From: Podarcis bocagei
Lineage: Eukaryota
Reading direction: 5' to 3' (one strand)
NCBI GenBank assembly: GCA_964188305.1
Contig: OZ076892.1
Length of the DNA: 64,000 nucleotides
Notes under the pieces: model-generated
Told to the model about the DNA's origin: nothing
What the model saw: the letters and a program-made list of their open reading frames with translations, nothing else
Database searches by the model: none
Position numbers and translations under genes: made by a program
Shown here: positions 24,751 to 38,389 of the stretch, piece after piece
How the letters are laid out: every line of letters begins with the position of its first letter
Position numbering within the stretch: position 1 is the stretch's first letter

Positions 24751-26433
24751 ATAACAGTCCCGGGATGGGGTCAAACCACCACAAATGATAAGTTGGCATC
24801 TCCTGACTTCAGTCTGGTTTTCTTTGTTAAGGCTCTATGGGGGTGCAGGGCAGCAAGTTAAACAAACAAAATGGAGGAAGGGCAAGTGCAGCTGAGCTGA
24901 AGGAGTAAAGAACGATTCTGAACACCGTGGAAGAGCAGGCACATTCCTTCCCTTCTGAGGTAGAGCTGTTTCTGCTTGAGATGCCTAACCCAGGCAGCAT
25001 CAGTCAAGTATTTTGGTCTCCTTAAAACTGCTTCTTCCCCCCACTTGTGTTAATACAGACATTAAGTCTAATAGTATCTACTTAGCATAAACAAGAAGAT
25101 AAAAATGATTTTTGTGATTGAAATGTTTGTTATTTAGCATTAGGCGTCTTCATACTCTCGTATGTTTTGCATTTTAATCCACTCTATGCTTGGTTTTGGG
25201 ATTGATAGATTAGTTTTAATCCCCTGTCTTATAGTGGAGGGCTGGTGAGATTTATTAAACAGGCAGGGCTTGGCTCCTGGATTTAAGAGGGCTCCTCATT
25301 ATGCATCTACTTCGCTCATGCATATTGCATTGGGGGATCCACCCGTGTCTCTCCTTGTCCTCGGAAGCACTTTGGAGAGGCCCATTAGCCGTGAGGGCCT
25401 TCACTTAGTTGGGCCTCCAAGGGTAGGAAACATCTCATTTATAAATGAGGGGAATCCGGATTGCACCTGAGCGATACAAATATCTGAAGGAAGGGTTCTC
25501 GTTGTTAATGCATCCTATTAAACATCTCTTAAAACCATTGTGGACATTTTACAGTTGGACTCTTTCTATTTGGGTAGAAGCATTGGGTCACAAAATGAAT
25601 GTGACACACACAAATAATTGATGCAGAAAGAGTCGAGGGCAGGGAGAGAGATCACATTATCTTGTAAAAGAGGAGAATCTGATTAGAAAACACATATAAA
25701 GTAGGCTTTTAATTTTTCTTCTTTCCAAAGCCTTAATGTATCATTGGCTCTGATGACTGGCTATAATTTAGTGCATTCCGAGAATGTTTCCCTTAGAACA
25801 GGGACTGCACATGTTGGCAGCTGTTTCCATTTAGGAGTTTCTCTATCTACTAGACAGCCAATACAGGAAGTGGGACAGGAAGTGACTTAAAGAAGTGATG
25901 CCTCCTAGTGGTGGATGGCACCCACATCAGTGCACAACCTACACTTGCCACACCACTAGAGCTTTTGTGTGTTGTGGTGGAGGGAAGCTGCTTGAGGATA
26001 TTTTACGTTTCCTGAACCGCTTTCTGCAAGCATCCCTGTTTGGCTGAAGGGAAGAGATCCTGTGTTCTTAACATTCTTTTCTACTTTGCAGGGATGACTC
26101 CCAACTTTAAATATATGTAATATAAACAAAAACTATATATAGTGATAGTTATATTAAAATTAGGCAGTGAATTCCCCATTCCCTGCTAATTTAACCAGTC
26201 AGTGGTTCTTCCGTCAGAACTTGGCAAAAAGACAAAGAAATGGGACAAGCGCCATTTAGAGTAATTAAAAGCAAAAAGGTAACCAAGAATAAAATCCCTT
26301 GAGAGAAGGTCTTTCTCTTTAGTACTTTGTAGTGCTGAAAATAGCTCAGTTTCTTCAACTTTCTTTCATGACAGATCCTAAAGCATTTCTAAGTGTACCC
26401 AATTCTAAGTTGCACCATTCTAAATACATACAG

Positions 26434-26528
26434 CAGCCTTTTTTAACCTGGTGCCCTCCAGATGATTTGCACTATAATTCCCAGGCAGGGACTGATGGGA
26501 GTGATAGTCCAAAGCACCCTGAAAGCTG
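26434..26528. mobile_element. Short palindromic hAT-type MITE, CAGCCTT family
   Basis: CAGCCTTTTTTAACCTGGTGCCCTCCAGATG...CTGATGGGAGTGATAGTCCAAAGCA; same family as 14658 and 35042. Confidence 0.7.
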
Positions 26529-27347
26529 GATTCAAATGTAAGCTATCTCTATTATTGAATCATTTTATTTACAAATTAGCTTCACTGGAGAAGAGGGAGA
26601 TAAGTGTGAACACCCTCCCCCCCGCCGCCAGAGGATGGGATAATGCAGTTCAGGATTTTGGGGGAGTGAATTTTACAAAGAAATAAAACCTGGTCAGTTG
26701 ATCATAATTCAGTATCTTTCCACTTCGACATAATAAAAATAAACCTCACTATGAATCATCTGGGAAGGGGTTCAAAGCTGTGCTAAGACCACCTGAGCAC
26801 ATAAACACAAAGATCCCATTAATACTGAACTCTACGACTAACGTTATACTTGATTTCTGTTGTTTATTTAATTCCATTTATGAATCACTTCCTGTAAAAC
26901 ATCTCAAAGTGATTTAATAAAAAAATCACACACACACACACACAAATATGCATATGTTTAAATTGTTGATGTTTCTGTATTATATATAATTTCATATATA
27001 ATGTGTTATCTAATTATTATGTATTATATAACTTCCTATATAAAAACAATTTCAAATCCCGGAGACTCGGGGGGGGGGATTAAAAATTATACAGTAGAAA
27101 CAAGAAGTAATAGCGGTGTGTCGGGGTGTGTGTATGCTGTTTGCTTCTAGAGAGTGGCTGAGAAGGTTTTCTGATCGAAATGGTGCTTCCAAATTAAAAT
27201 GAGGATGCCTGACTCTCATCAAATATATGTCTATCCAAAAGGAATTGGACCTTTATCTAGGCTTTGACTTTCAAAGCTCTTATTGATGTGTTTGTATTGT
27301 AAAACTGGGTTTTTTAATCTGTATATCACCTTGTGATATTTTATACA

Positions 27348-27513
27348 CAGAGCTGTAGCTACTGGGGGAGCCGGGGTTTTTTGCCCCAGGTGAAGCTTCC
27401 ATAGGAGCGCCATTGAAGCTCCCAGCCTCTGTGTGCATTTGCAAATGCGCATGGGGTGGGTGTGCCAACCTAGGTCTTTGACCCAGGTGAAATAAAGCCT
27501 ATTTTTGCCCCTG
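27348..27513. mobile_element. Possible degenerate hAT-like MITE
   Basis: GC-richer insert with CAG...CTG ends, flanked by duplicated TTATACA (7 bp). TIR match is weak. Confidence 0.4.
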
Positions 27514-28765
27514 TTATACAAATAGGAAGGAACGAAGTAGTTGCTTGCCTCTTCTGTCAGTCAGGTCAAGGAGAACATGCTTCCAAACTGGGACGGTACA
27601 TATGAACATATGCTTAACTTTCTGAAAACTATAGATGTTGGGAAATTCCATCAGAAACAGGAGCTGAGCTGAAATTCACATGTTTGTCAGAAGTCAAGAA
27701 CAGAAATCGTGCAAGGGAATGCAAGCAGTATAATTCCTTTATTTAGTCTCCAAACGCTATGTAAATAATTAAGTTATTTTCTGCATTGTTTTTTATGCTT
27801 CCCTTCCATTGAAATGCACTGAAATTGATTATAGTACATAATTAAGTACGTTTATTTCAGCCAGAGTGGATAGTGAGACGAATGATGCAGGTTTCAGCAG
27901 AAGCCACACTGGAGTGGAACAGGAACAGCGTCTGATAAAAGCAGGACAAGACAGAAATCACGGCCTCCTTACATCCCTACTGAAAGCGCAGCATACAACT
28001 CCTGGACTTTTCATCATGGACTTTCCTACACAGGAATGCAAAACATGATTCTCTGGAGCAGAAACACAGGTCGGATGCCAGATTTGGAGAGGCACAGCGC
28101 TTGTCTCCTTGCTGCTTCTGTTTGAGTTCACCATGCCACAGAGCTAAACCAGAAGTTGCGGGGCCTTTATTTGTAATGGTATGTGTTATTTTTAAACAGG
28201 TTGAGGGCTTATTTCTCTACCACGGGCAACCAGGAATTGTGACATGCCCACTCTGAATCTCACATCCGGTGCTCTGCCTTTCTGGTCTAGGCGTAGTCCA
28301 GAACAGCTGGTTTTCAGAACTCTCTGCCTTGCAGGATTTCTTGGGTGTTCACTATCTCATTCTCACGTTCAGGGCTAGCAAAATGACCTACAGTGTGTTT
28401 GTGCTGCTCTTAATAGGAGCTAGAGATGCTTCACATCTGGAATGTTCCTGGTCCAGTTGTAGCAAAATGGGATAGTTGTTCCATTAAAAAAAAACAAAAA
28501 AACAACCACTTCCCAGGATCTGCTTTGTGCCTCTCATTCATCACCCCAGGTGTAGCAAAATGATCTTGGCAGCCTCCGGTGATGTATGACTTCTTCACAA
28601 GCCTTTGGACCAGCAGCGAGTGCAGTTTCCACCATGAGCAGTGTGGTGGCAGCATTTCCACAGAGACCTGTGAAAAAATGCTCCCAAATGTTTCTCACAC
28701 TGAGGCTTTCGTCTTGAAAATTAAATGATCAATTACAAAAAGAAGAGAAAAGAATTGGGGTTTTG

Positions 28766-28767
<2 letters not shown>

Positions 28768-28797
<30 letters not shown>
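28768..28797. repeat. (GT)n microsatellite
   Basis: Pure GT run. Confidence 0.96.
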
Positions 28798-28799
<2 letters not shown>

Positions 28800-30867
28800 C
28801 TCTTATGTAAACTGTTTTGAGCAAGGGAAGTTCTGGACCTTTATTAGTTATTTTGGGTGTCTTCTCCCTCTCCCAGAACTGGGCAATGGGCATTTTGGAA
28901 ATGAAATTTCATCAGTGAATAAGATTAAATATTGCAACCGCAGCCTGTCCAGGCCCAGGATAGCTAAGCAGAAGCAGGTGGTGGTGGAGGAACTGGCTCA
29001 GGAAGGCAGCTGTGCCTGATGATTGAGGAAAGGTTTGTCTCATTAGCTCTCATGTTCAAAATCCTCCTGGTGAGAAGTTGGCCAAAGTGGCCCACTTTCA
29101 CATTTCCCCATCAGATCGATGATTGGAATTAGCAACAAATCCAAGTGACTCGGTTGTGATTATTGGCAAACGTAACACACATTCTCATACAATGTCAGAG
29201 AAACTGGCCAGAAATGGGAGATGGGAATTGGACAGGTCAGAATGATCTTGCTCAGCAGCTTAAAAATCATGAAGCAAAACTGGGGTGGGATGTGGGGAGA
29301 AACCATGAAAGTGAAAATCTACTCTTGGGTTCGACAGACAAATGCGCTCCCCAGCCAGATTGTCACCAGGTTAAGGTCAATAGAGGTCTAAAGTGGAAGC
29401 TTTGATGTGTTTGCTGTGAAGAATGACAGCGTGTTGGTCTGGGGCAGGTCTTGCCTAGTGAATTTCCCAGACTGAGCCTCTAGCCAAGGCCAGGGCTTCC
29501 ACTCAAGTCTCCTGCAGAACTGAAATATTCTACGGCATCCCTGCTCATCACCAAAGGCTCCGTACTGCTAGAGCTGCTTTTCTTTCCCTCCTTTGATTAT
29601 TTCCCAAAGAGCGGTCTTCCTCTGCCAGGTTGGGCTTCTTCCCTGCTTTCCTAACCTAATTCTGGAATCAGATCCAGCTCCCCACTGGTGACTCCTTGCT
29701 CTGCTCATCAGCTGAGATTAGGCACTATTTCAGATTTGCTGCAGCACTGGCAATATACTCCAAATTGCAGATCCATAGCTGCCTCTGCCTCTTTTTCTTC
29801 TCTTTAAGAGGAAGGCAATCATCATTAGGGCTTGACTCCTAGAAATAAAATCAAAGTGCTGATAATACTTTTGAACTGACATTTTCAATGGGTGTTGATA
29901 ATGAAAACCTTTCAGCACCAAGAGGTATCATAATTGATGGCCTGTAATTAATATTTGAAAGGCACGATGGGTGATAGGCAGGTGTGTGCATATACAAAAA
30001 ACCTGCATAATTGGGATGTTGTTTCTGTGGTACGCAAATATTATGCATGTTGTTTGGGTTGGGGGGTGTTGTGTGTGAGAGAGGGGGATTTCTCTTTAGT
30101 CTGTAAACATGCAATGTGAAAGGAAAAGAAATGTGAGCATGAGGGGAAAACCCTGGCAGGTACTGAGAGCCCCCCTCCCCCCCCCTCTCCATGGAGGTGC
30201 CTTCCTTGCTTTCACTTTCTTTTCAGATCACCATGTTGGTACAAAATGAGCCAGGAGAGGCAAGAATTCTAATGAGGTTTTAAAAGAAACCAAACTGTCC
30301 CCTTTTATCGCTTCTGATTTGCAGAGGCACAGAGTCAGGCCTGGGGAATCCTTTAAGATGTATTTATAATCATAAAAAGGGACTTATTTGGACTTTTAAC
30401 GGAAAAAGGGAAAGAAGGGAAATTATACAAAGGGCAAAGCAGAGAGCTGTCTCTGAAGGGCAGTTATTGCTTGCCCTTGCGCGGAGAAAAAGGCTCCCTC
30501 AATGGGATTACGTCCCCTCTCATAACCTATCAGTCGTCTGATCAGAAATTCATAATACAGGCCATCTATTTCTCAGCCCAGCGAGGGCTGCATGATTGAA
30601 TTTAAATAGGCAAATGCCAGACTTGGGCTCTGACATTCTCCTTGCCTCTCTCAATCTTTCTTTTTTCGCCTGCCCTCCCAATCATCATGTCCTCTCCCCC
30701 CCCCCAACCCCATTTTTCTCTCTCTCTCTTTTCTTTCCTTTTCTCTACTTCTCTGTGCACCACCATTTTATATTAGGCATGAACTAGCATGATGAGAAGT
30801 TATCAGGAAATGGAGGATAGATGGGGGGAGAGGCAGGCAGGCAAGAAGGGAGGGAGGGAGGGGGCCA

Positions 30868-30902
<35 letters not shown>
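30868..30902. repeat. (AC)n microsatellite
   Basis: Pure AC run flanked by GGGA repeats. Confidence 0.96.
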
Positions 30903-30905
<3 letters not shown>

Positions 30906-33900
30906 GGGAGGAAGGGAGGCTGAGAGAATTGGATGGCAGAAAATTGTAAATTGTTGCTGTCATGCTCTCCCTGGGACAGTAAAATCTGTTTTTAAAGGCC
31001 CTCTTCTTCCTCCACCACCTCCCCCCTCAATTATTTTTTTCCACTATCACCCCCCCCCACAAAAGAGGAAATATTTCAAGATAAATTATCCAGGTGGTTG
31101 CCTTACTAAATCAGCAGAATGGCCACGAGAAAGAGCCACTCTGTGTTCGCTTTTGCTTTACATCTCAGAGAAGGGGAAGCCAAATGCACCCGAGGCATTT
31201 AATTTGCCAGGAAAACTTTCCTGAGAGAGGCTACAAAGGAGGAGGCTTCTCGTCCTGCAGCCTCTAGTGGGATGGCGATACCCACATTAGTGCTTTGGTG
31301 GTGATTGAAGCAGGGAAGAAGATGCAGTGCAGACAGAGACCCTCCTCTATGCCAGCCACAAGCACATCAGCTGGACTGCAGTGGATAGTTGGAAAACCCA
31401 GAGATGCCAGTTGGGGCAAAAGAATGGAAAGTCCTTTTTGCTCATCTGCAGTGCGTACGCCCCCCCCCCTTTTAAAGAAATGGAAACAGGGAACAATATG
31501 CTTGACCCGGTTAGTTGTGTGGGAATATATGCAGGGCAGTGGGAACCGCACTCCAAAGTAGTTTAATGGGGTGTTGATGGAGTCATTGGATGAAGAAAGG
31601 TTCCCCAGGAGATCCCCTACCATGAAGGGGAGATGCAGCAACATACAGCTAAGGAGCCCTCATTGTGCCCTGCCTTCTCTTTGTCCATTCAAAAAGGACC
31701 CAACTGAGGCCCTGCAGTGGAGCAAGGAGCCATCATCTTAGCAGATTTCACTGCAGGTGCTGACCTGCAGTGTGCTTCATACAATGTGCCTCCTCCATCC
31801 CTGAGCTCAGTTGGCAGGGAAGACCTTCCTGAAGCCCCTGGGGTACTGCTTAGATTGAGGTGGGGGCAGTGTGGCACTCCCTGCAAAAAAAAAACAATAA
31901 TTCCCGTTGAAATAGGGAAAGTCGAGTCCATTAGGAAGAGTCTTCTGTTTTCCACAGTTGCAATGGACTTCAGTCTCATGAAATAAAAAGAAGGGAGGCC
32001 AACCATGTTCCTGTGTGCTAAGAAGACACCTAGGTAGATATTATTACTGCTAGCCAAGGGCGTGTGATGAAGAAACCTTTCCTTTTCCTTGCTGCCACAG
32101 TAGGGGGAAAACAAAGGCTGAGTGGAAAACAACTCAGAAATGAGTTTTGTGTGTGACATGTGGAGAACAGCTTAATAACCTCACCTTTTGATCATCACTA
32201 ATTTCCACTCTCTGGGCTAAAGAGATCAGGCTGTTCTGCATTAATAAAGAGGTGACCTGTTGGATGCTGGCGCATGTCTGACAGGGTTTGCGCGTCCTCA
32301 TAATCAAACCACCCAAGGAGAGAGCGAAAGAGAAAGAGAGAGTTTGAAGGGAGGGACTCCGTGGGTTGCTCACACATTTCCCACTACAGCAGAGGTTGGA
32401 TTTCAGCCCCCCCACCGGCTGTTGTTAAGTGTCCGTTTGGGGGATGGTGGTTATGGGGGTTTGATTTTCAAGGAGGCTCTTTGCAAAGTCTGTTCATCCT
32501 GGGATGCCAGAGAGGCGAGATTAGATCCTGGAACAAAGGACTGATTCCATCTCTTTGACATCTCTCTGTCTTCGACGGCAGTCACCATCACATTGTCCCC
32601 TGCAGGACAACTGGGACCTTGACGTGAAGGCTCTGGACATAGCCCAGGCACTGTCCTTCCTGTGTCACCCACCACCAGGCAACTTGCAGGCCATGGAAAG
32701 CTCTAGTTTGACCTCTAATGCTCTCTGGCACCGGAAGGCTGCAGTGCAGAGACTTCAGTGTCGAATCCCAGCATGATCAGTGACCTTGGGAGCCAATAGG
32801 ATCCCATATTGCCTTATACATGCTGCCTCTAGTCTCTCTGGTCTGTGCAGACTGGGATACTTTAGCCTGCCTTGAGACATTGCCTGAACTGGCCTCCCCC
32901 TCCCACCGTCATCACCCCAACTTAGCACTTCTAGGGGCTTTGAAATGCATGCATGCATTGGCCATGTGTCAAGCTGGGAGGCAAAGGGCCAACACAGAGC
33001 ATTGGATTGCAGACTGTCAGTGTCCTGTTCTATCAACATGTGGCGACAGCAGCCTGGTCTGCTTGGGAGTCTGACTTGAGAAATGCCACAGATGTTTTGC
33101 GGGACCAGTTAAAAACATATACATGGGATGCAGCCCAGAACCAAATGGAAATGAAACCCATCACCAAAACAACCCGGAACATCCTGTAGATGGCAGAAAT
33201 CCAACATATGTTGTAGCAGGACGTGTTTGAGAAACCCACCACTCCTCACTTCAAAGCAGGAGTTCAGACCCTTATGAAAGCCGCGTCAAACCAGAATCTG
33301 ATAGCAGCGGAGGGCTGGGTTTTTATTATTAAGTTCACAATGGAAGTTTGGTGCCAAGCATTTTATTGGATAAAATTGACAGTTGGTCTTAAAACATCTA
33401 CCCTCTGTGTTCTGTTTTAGTCAAATTGACTTTCCTAAAAAAATTATACATCAGTGAAATCAGAGTTGGACATGACTGTCCAGATGTGGCTTTCAAACCG
33501 AATTCTCAGCACAATATTGCAGGCTGCCTGATGAGCCAAATCAGCTACAGCCACCATTCTCATGGCATGGCGTGGGTCATGCATTTGAGCCTTGGTTCTC
33601 TCTTTCTCTCTGCCCTGAGACAGTTTTGTCACTTTAGCAGCAAAGGATGGGGAAATTTTGAAATGCCACTTTTGCCATTGATGGCAACGTGTAAGTAAAA
33701 TATTCCACTCTCAGCTCGTTTAAAACCCTGACCCTCATTTTCACATACTTTCCGAAATGCTTTGTAAGTAGATTGACAGGACACCAGAAACTGAACTGGG
33801 TTTGTGTGTTGTGTGCTCTCAAATGAAGCCCCTCCCATTATGAGACAAAAGGCCCTAGGTTCAGCAGGCTGTAAGTTCATTAAAGAAATTGAATTATACA

Positions 33901-35041
33901 ACAAAGCTGGCTGGGTAAAATGTATTATTTCCTGTTTCTGGTTTCTCCCCCACTTTGCCTTATTTTGTTAGGGTTTTTTCCCCTTTGTTTGCAAGAGGTA
34001 TTTTGAATGAAAACACATGCTTTATTTTTACAGAAAACAAATCTGCGGACGGCCATTTTCTTTTTTCTAATATTTTATTAGTTGAATATAGGAACAACAT
34101 ATAATCAAATAAACAAGGTACTGAACTGAGACCCTCACAGGCCAGGAAAAGAATGTGGAGGTGTCACAGATGCCACACTCAGGCCCAGCCTGAAAAACCC
34201 GCTAGAGCTTCCCACAAGATTGGCTCATTCCTCTGTAGCAAGAACTCACATGCCATTAAGAGGTCTGTTTGCTGCCTTAAAAGCTTTGTGTTCTGGTCTC
34301 TAAGTCTCAACTGCTATGCATCCTAGGGTAGAGACAAACACCTCAGAAGAGCCAAAGGCGCATCTAGCCGAACACTCAGTTTTCAGTGGCCGACCATTTG
34401 CCGCAATGGGAAGCCCCCAAGCAGATCAGCAAATGGCAGTCCATGGGCCAAATCCGGACCACCAGGAGCATTGTCTAGTTGCCAGCTGGGAGGCAAGAGG
34501 TACATCCTGAGAGAGCAATAGATCATATTTGTTGCACTGACATTTAGGTGTGCAACCTGCCGACTGTTATGTGGAGGTTAGCAAGTTCTGGTTTTCATGC
34601 CTCACCTGCCAAGGAACTCTGGGCCCAGGCCCTTCAATGAGACGGATGGGTGGGCCACTGGAGGCAGGATTGTAGTACCCTTGAAGGAGCAGCATTATTT
34701 TCATGTCTAAGTTATGACGCCTTATTAGAGCAAGGATATTTCATTAGCGTGACCATAATTGTGTCTCCAGAGGGCCTCTTTAAACATTGCTTTCCGTGGC
34801 TTGTAAATGGACATTAAACATTCACTTTGGCATGCCCAGGTTGCAGCGAGAAGGCAGGAGGGGGCAGCGTGCTTTCCTTTGGGATATGCAGGCCCTCTCC
34901 CCTGTCTCGAGAGGTGCCTCCTGCTGCCACAATCCCTTGAAGCTGCAGGGTGTTGCTTCAGGGCACCAAAGAGCCCTGCACTCCCAAGTGACCGCTCAGG
35001 TGTCTGGAAGATGCCAGCATTTGGTCCAGGAGACTTTAGAC

Positions 35042-35181
35042 CAGCCTCCCCCAACGAGGTGCCCTCCAGATCTTTTGGACTACACCTAACATCAGCCGCA
35101 GCCAGCAGGGGCAAATGGTGCTCCAGCCTGATGGGAGTTGCAGTCCAACACAGCTGGAGGGCACCAGGATGGGGAAGGCTG
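35042..35181. mobile_element. Short palindromic hAT-type MITE, CAGCCTT family, full length
   Basis: CAGCCTCCCCCAACGAGGTGCCCTCCAG ... CTGGAGGGCACCAGGATGGGGAAGGCTG long inverted arms. Confidence 0.85.
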
Positions 35182-35823
35182 CCTTAGTGCAAGAGCACCC
35201 AATGGAACAGGACCATCACACCCCAGATTCCACAGAGGTGTTGGCTCTTTGCAAAACAAGGTTTCCCAGTGGTGGTGCAACCACCAGCCTTGCTGTCCCA
35301 GAAACTGTCGGATGAAATTTTTATTGCAACATTATGAGGCATTTTCTCATCTTTAAGCTGCTATATCGTTCTCACTTTTCCATGCACTGGGTCCAAAGAG
35401 CTGTGGGTTGCGTGAGGACATTTTGGCTCTCCCTTCCCACCCGCTGTCGCCACTTGAAATGCATTCTGAGGCTCAAGGGGCCTTCTGGAATGATGTGAGG
35501 GTGGGGGGGCCAGGGTGAAAGTAAACAAACAAACAAACAACCCATCATGCTCTCAGCCCAGCATGGCCCAGCATATGCCAGCCACTATTTCAAAACCACT
35601 ATTGCTATTATGACTTTTCTTGCCCCATTCGAAGGGCACAGGAGCCCTTTCCTACTAAAGTGTGGCAGCAGCATTTGGAGCAGAGGAAGGGGGGGTGTAA
35701 AGAGGGAGGCAGCATCTGGGTGGGCATCATAGACCCAAGATGTCCCCTGTGGGGGCAGGGAAGGTGACAACATGCCCTCCCTGTGAAATCGTGAATATGA
35801 GTCTCACCTTCTACCTGCCCACC

Positions 35824-35867
<44 letters not shown>

Positions 35868-36256
35868 CCCGCCCATCTGGCTAGGTTTCCCCAGCTACTC
35901 TGGGTGGCTTACAGCATATTAAAAATTGTAAAACATCAGACATAAACAAATTTCCTGATACAGGGATGCCTTCAGATGTCTTCTAAAAGTCAGGTAGTTG
36001 TTTATTTCCTTGACATCTGGTGGGTGGGTGTTCCACAGGGCAGGTGCCACTACTGAGAAGACCCTCTGCCTGGTTCCCTGTAACCTCACTTCTCACAGTG
36101 AGGGAACTGCCAGAAGGCCCTCGGCACTGGATCTCAGTGTCCGGGCTGAACGGTGGGGGTGGAGACGCTCCTTCAGGTATACTGGACCGAGGCCGTTTAG
36201 GGCTTTAAAGGTCAACACCAACACTTTGAATTGTGCTCAGAAACGTACTGGGAGCC
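35824..36256 (-). mobile_element. L2 LINE 3' end (ORF2 C-terminus, 3' UTR, (AAT)n tail)
   Basis: Minus-strand translation LPVRF*AQFKVLVLTFKALNGLGPVYLKERLHPHRSARTLRSSAEGLLAVPSL*EVRLQGTRQRVFSVVAPALWN is an L2 ORF2 end with two stops. (TAT)n tail at 35824-35865. The 3' end is shared with 58562-58720. Confidence 0.92.
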
Positions 36257-38389
36257 TCTTAAGCCAGGCAGGCAAGGCCTCTGTCTCCTGAAAGCCGCTT
36301 TATTAGAGGGGGGAACAAAACCCCAGAATCCTTTTGTGAGATTTCACTCTGAGCAGTGGTTTAATCAGGTGTACACCACCAAGGACTATTTTATACTCAT
36401 CTTGTTTTTGCTTTGGAGGGACCAAATATCTTCCCTGCCATCGTGGTTGGGTTTTTTTATGTTTTCCCCTCATTTTTATGTTTGTTATGGGAGAGTGTTA
36501 TTTTTCTAAACTAGATTTTTATTTCTGAAAACAGCTCCAATGGTAAACATCCTATTAACCCAGCATGTTTTAATGTGTGGCATCTTAATAGAAGGACGGC
36601 AGAGAGAGAACAAATATAACATTATATATTTTTTTAAGCAAGCAAACAAACAAACACACCCTGCCCAGTTATTTATCATCACCAAATCTTTCCCCACGTC
36701 GGGAAGGCAAAGCTGTCTCTTTAATAATGCAAAGGGATAGTAAATTTCAAGCTGAGGATGGGCTGTAGGAAGGAGCCCCTTTTCCGCCCTGCCCCTAATG
36801 TCAGTGGAGTGGCTGAGGAACACACCTGATTAGTTCTAACAGGCTGCTTAGCATTGGGTCACCTCTGTGGCTCCATCTCTCCCCAGCAGGGTCACTCGTC
36901 TCCAGGCTATATTTGGGGAGGGGGAGGCAGGGGGCGGGCAGTGTGTTCCGAGCGCCTCGCCTCTCGTCTCTCCGCTTTCTCTGGTGCTTCCAGAGCAGTT
37001 TATTTTTATTTGCGATGCGCTCCCTCCCTCCCTCCCTCCGGCTCCTGCTCTCCACTCTGCATAAATCGCTGGGAAGGGAGCACCCCCTCCGCCCAGGCAA
37101 GAGTGCATTAAAGCAGGAACTGTGTGTTGTGTCACCGGGGCCTTTTGATCCGGATTTCTTTTTGGCACAGAAAGCGTTTAAATTAATTTCCTGCCCGTGT
37201 GTGTGTGTGTGTGTTCTGCACCGTTCTGCTGAATTGCCAAGGCCAGTTTGTGCTACCAGGATGCCCGGGCTAGGTTGCAGGCAGGGTGGCGGCGGGCTGT
37301 GTTTACGCACACAACGCCCAAACCACGAGCCCAGCCAGCCTCGTGCGGCCGCCCCACACAAGTGGATCAAATCCGGTAGCTCCCACCTGCCTGTTCCTCC
37401 AAACGGGAAGCCTCTGGTGGCAAGGCTGCTGCGCCCTGCCTCGCCTTTACGGTGTTTTGCCTGGCTCGCAGCCTGGATGCTGTCTGTTACCCCAGTGGGA
37501 AGGGTCGCATAGCCAAAGCAAAAAGTGAAGGCCCGGCTGCTCTTGGGCTCTTCTTGCCCTCCAGGGCTCCAGGTCTGGTCCTTGATGTGGGAACCCCAGT
37601 AGCTGGTGGGGCGCTTTCCCCCTCTGGGCTGGGAGAGCCGTAACTACTTCTGTGGGCCTGGGCAGGAGAGCCCTTTGTTTTCCCTAGCTTAACCCTTTGC
37701 GAGCCACCCACATTGCCGCCTCCTCCTCCTCGCATTTAACTCTATCTCTGCCAGCCCATCGCTGGCGGAAAAGCTTCCCGGTGCACTCGCATGTCCCACA
37801 AGGTGTGGTGGGGGGAGACGCGCCATTTGGGCTGCCCCAGAAAACAGAGGGGAGCCTGACCCTCTGCCCACTCCCATTGGTGTTGGGGGAGAGTCCTGCT
37901 TTGAAAAATCGCCTCCCCCCCCCCCGCCAAGGGAGTCTCCAAGCAACTTCGAGGATGCTTGCTTGGGTTGCTGCGCGCAGCAGCTCTACAAACGCCTGCC
38001 AGGCCAGCTCGAGGCCGAGAGCGGCTGCTACGGATGCCAGGGCAGGGAGCTCTGCTGCCAGCCAGCCCATGCCTGTCCCTCCCAAGCTGGCAGCAGCAAT
38101 CAATGGCCTGCCTTTCTCCCTGCTATAAGCCAGGCAGCCCAGAGCTCTTCCTTCCCACTTCCGAGGATGTGTTTTGTGACTGCGGAAGCTGACACATGAG
38201 CGGGACATTTGCCCTTCGTCAGACACCCTTGGCTGGCAGAGAAACTGGCCAGACAGCAGCCAGGAGTGTCTCAAGCACCAGCCCCAGCCCCGGGAAGCCT
38301 GGAGCGCACGCACACTGGTGTGTGTGTTGCATGATGCACAATGAGCATCTTCCCACTGTGGGGCCGACACTTGGGGGGGGGGGAGGCGG

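Noticed and set aside
25230-25420. Possible additional MITE
   Set aside because: Could not define matching TIRs or a TSD.
35042-35181. Long hairpins as possible pre-miRNA genes (also 14658-14763 and 63453-63591)
   Set aside because: Explained by a multi-copy palindromic MITE family; no known miRNA recognised.
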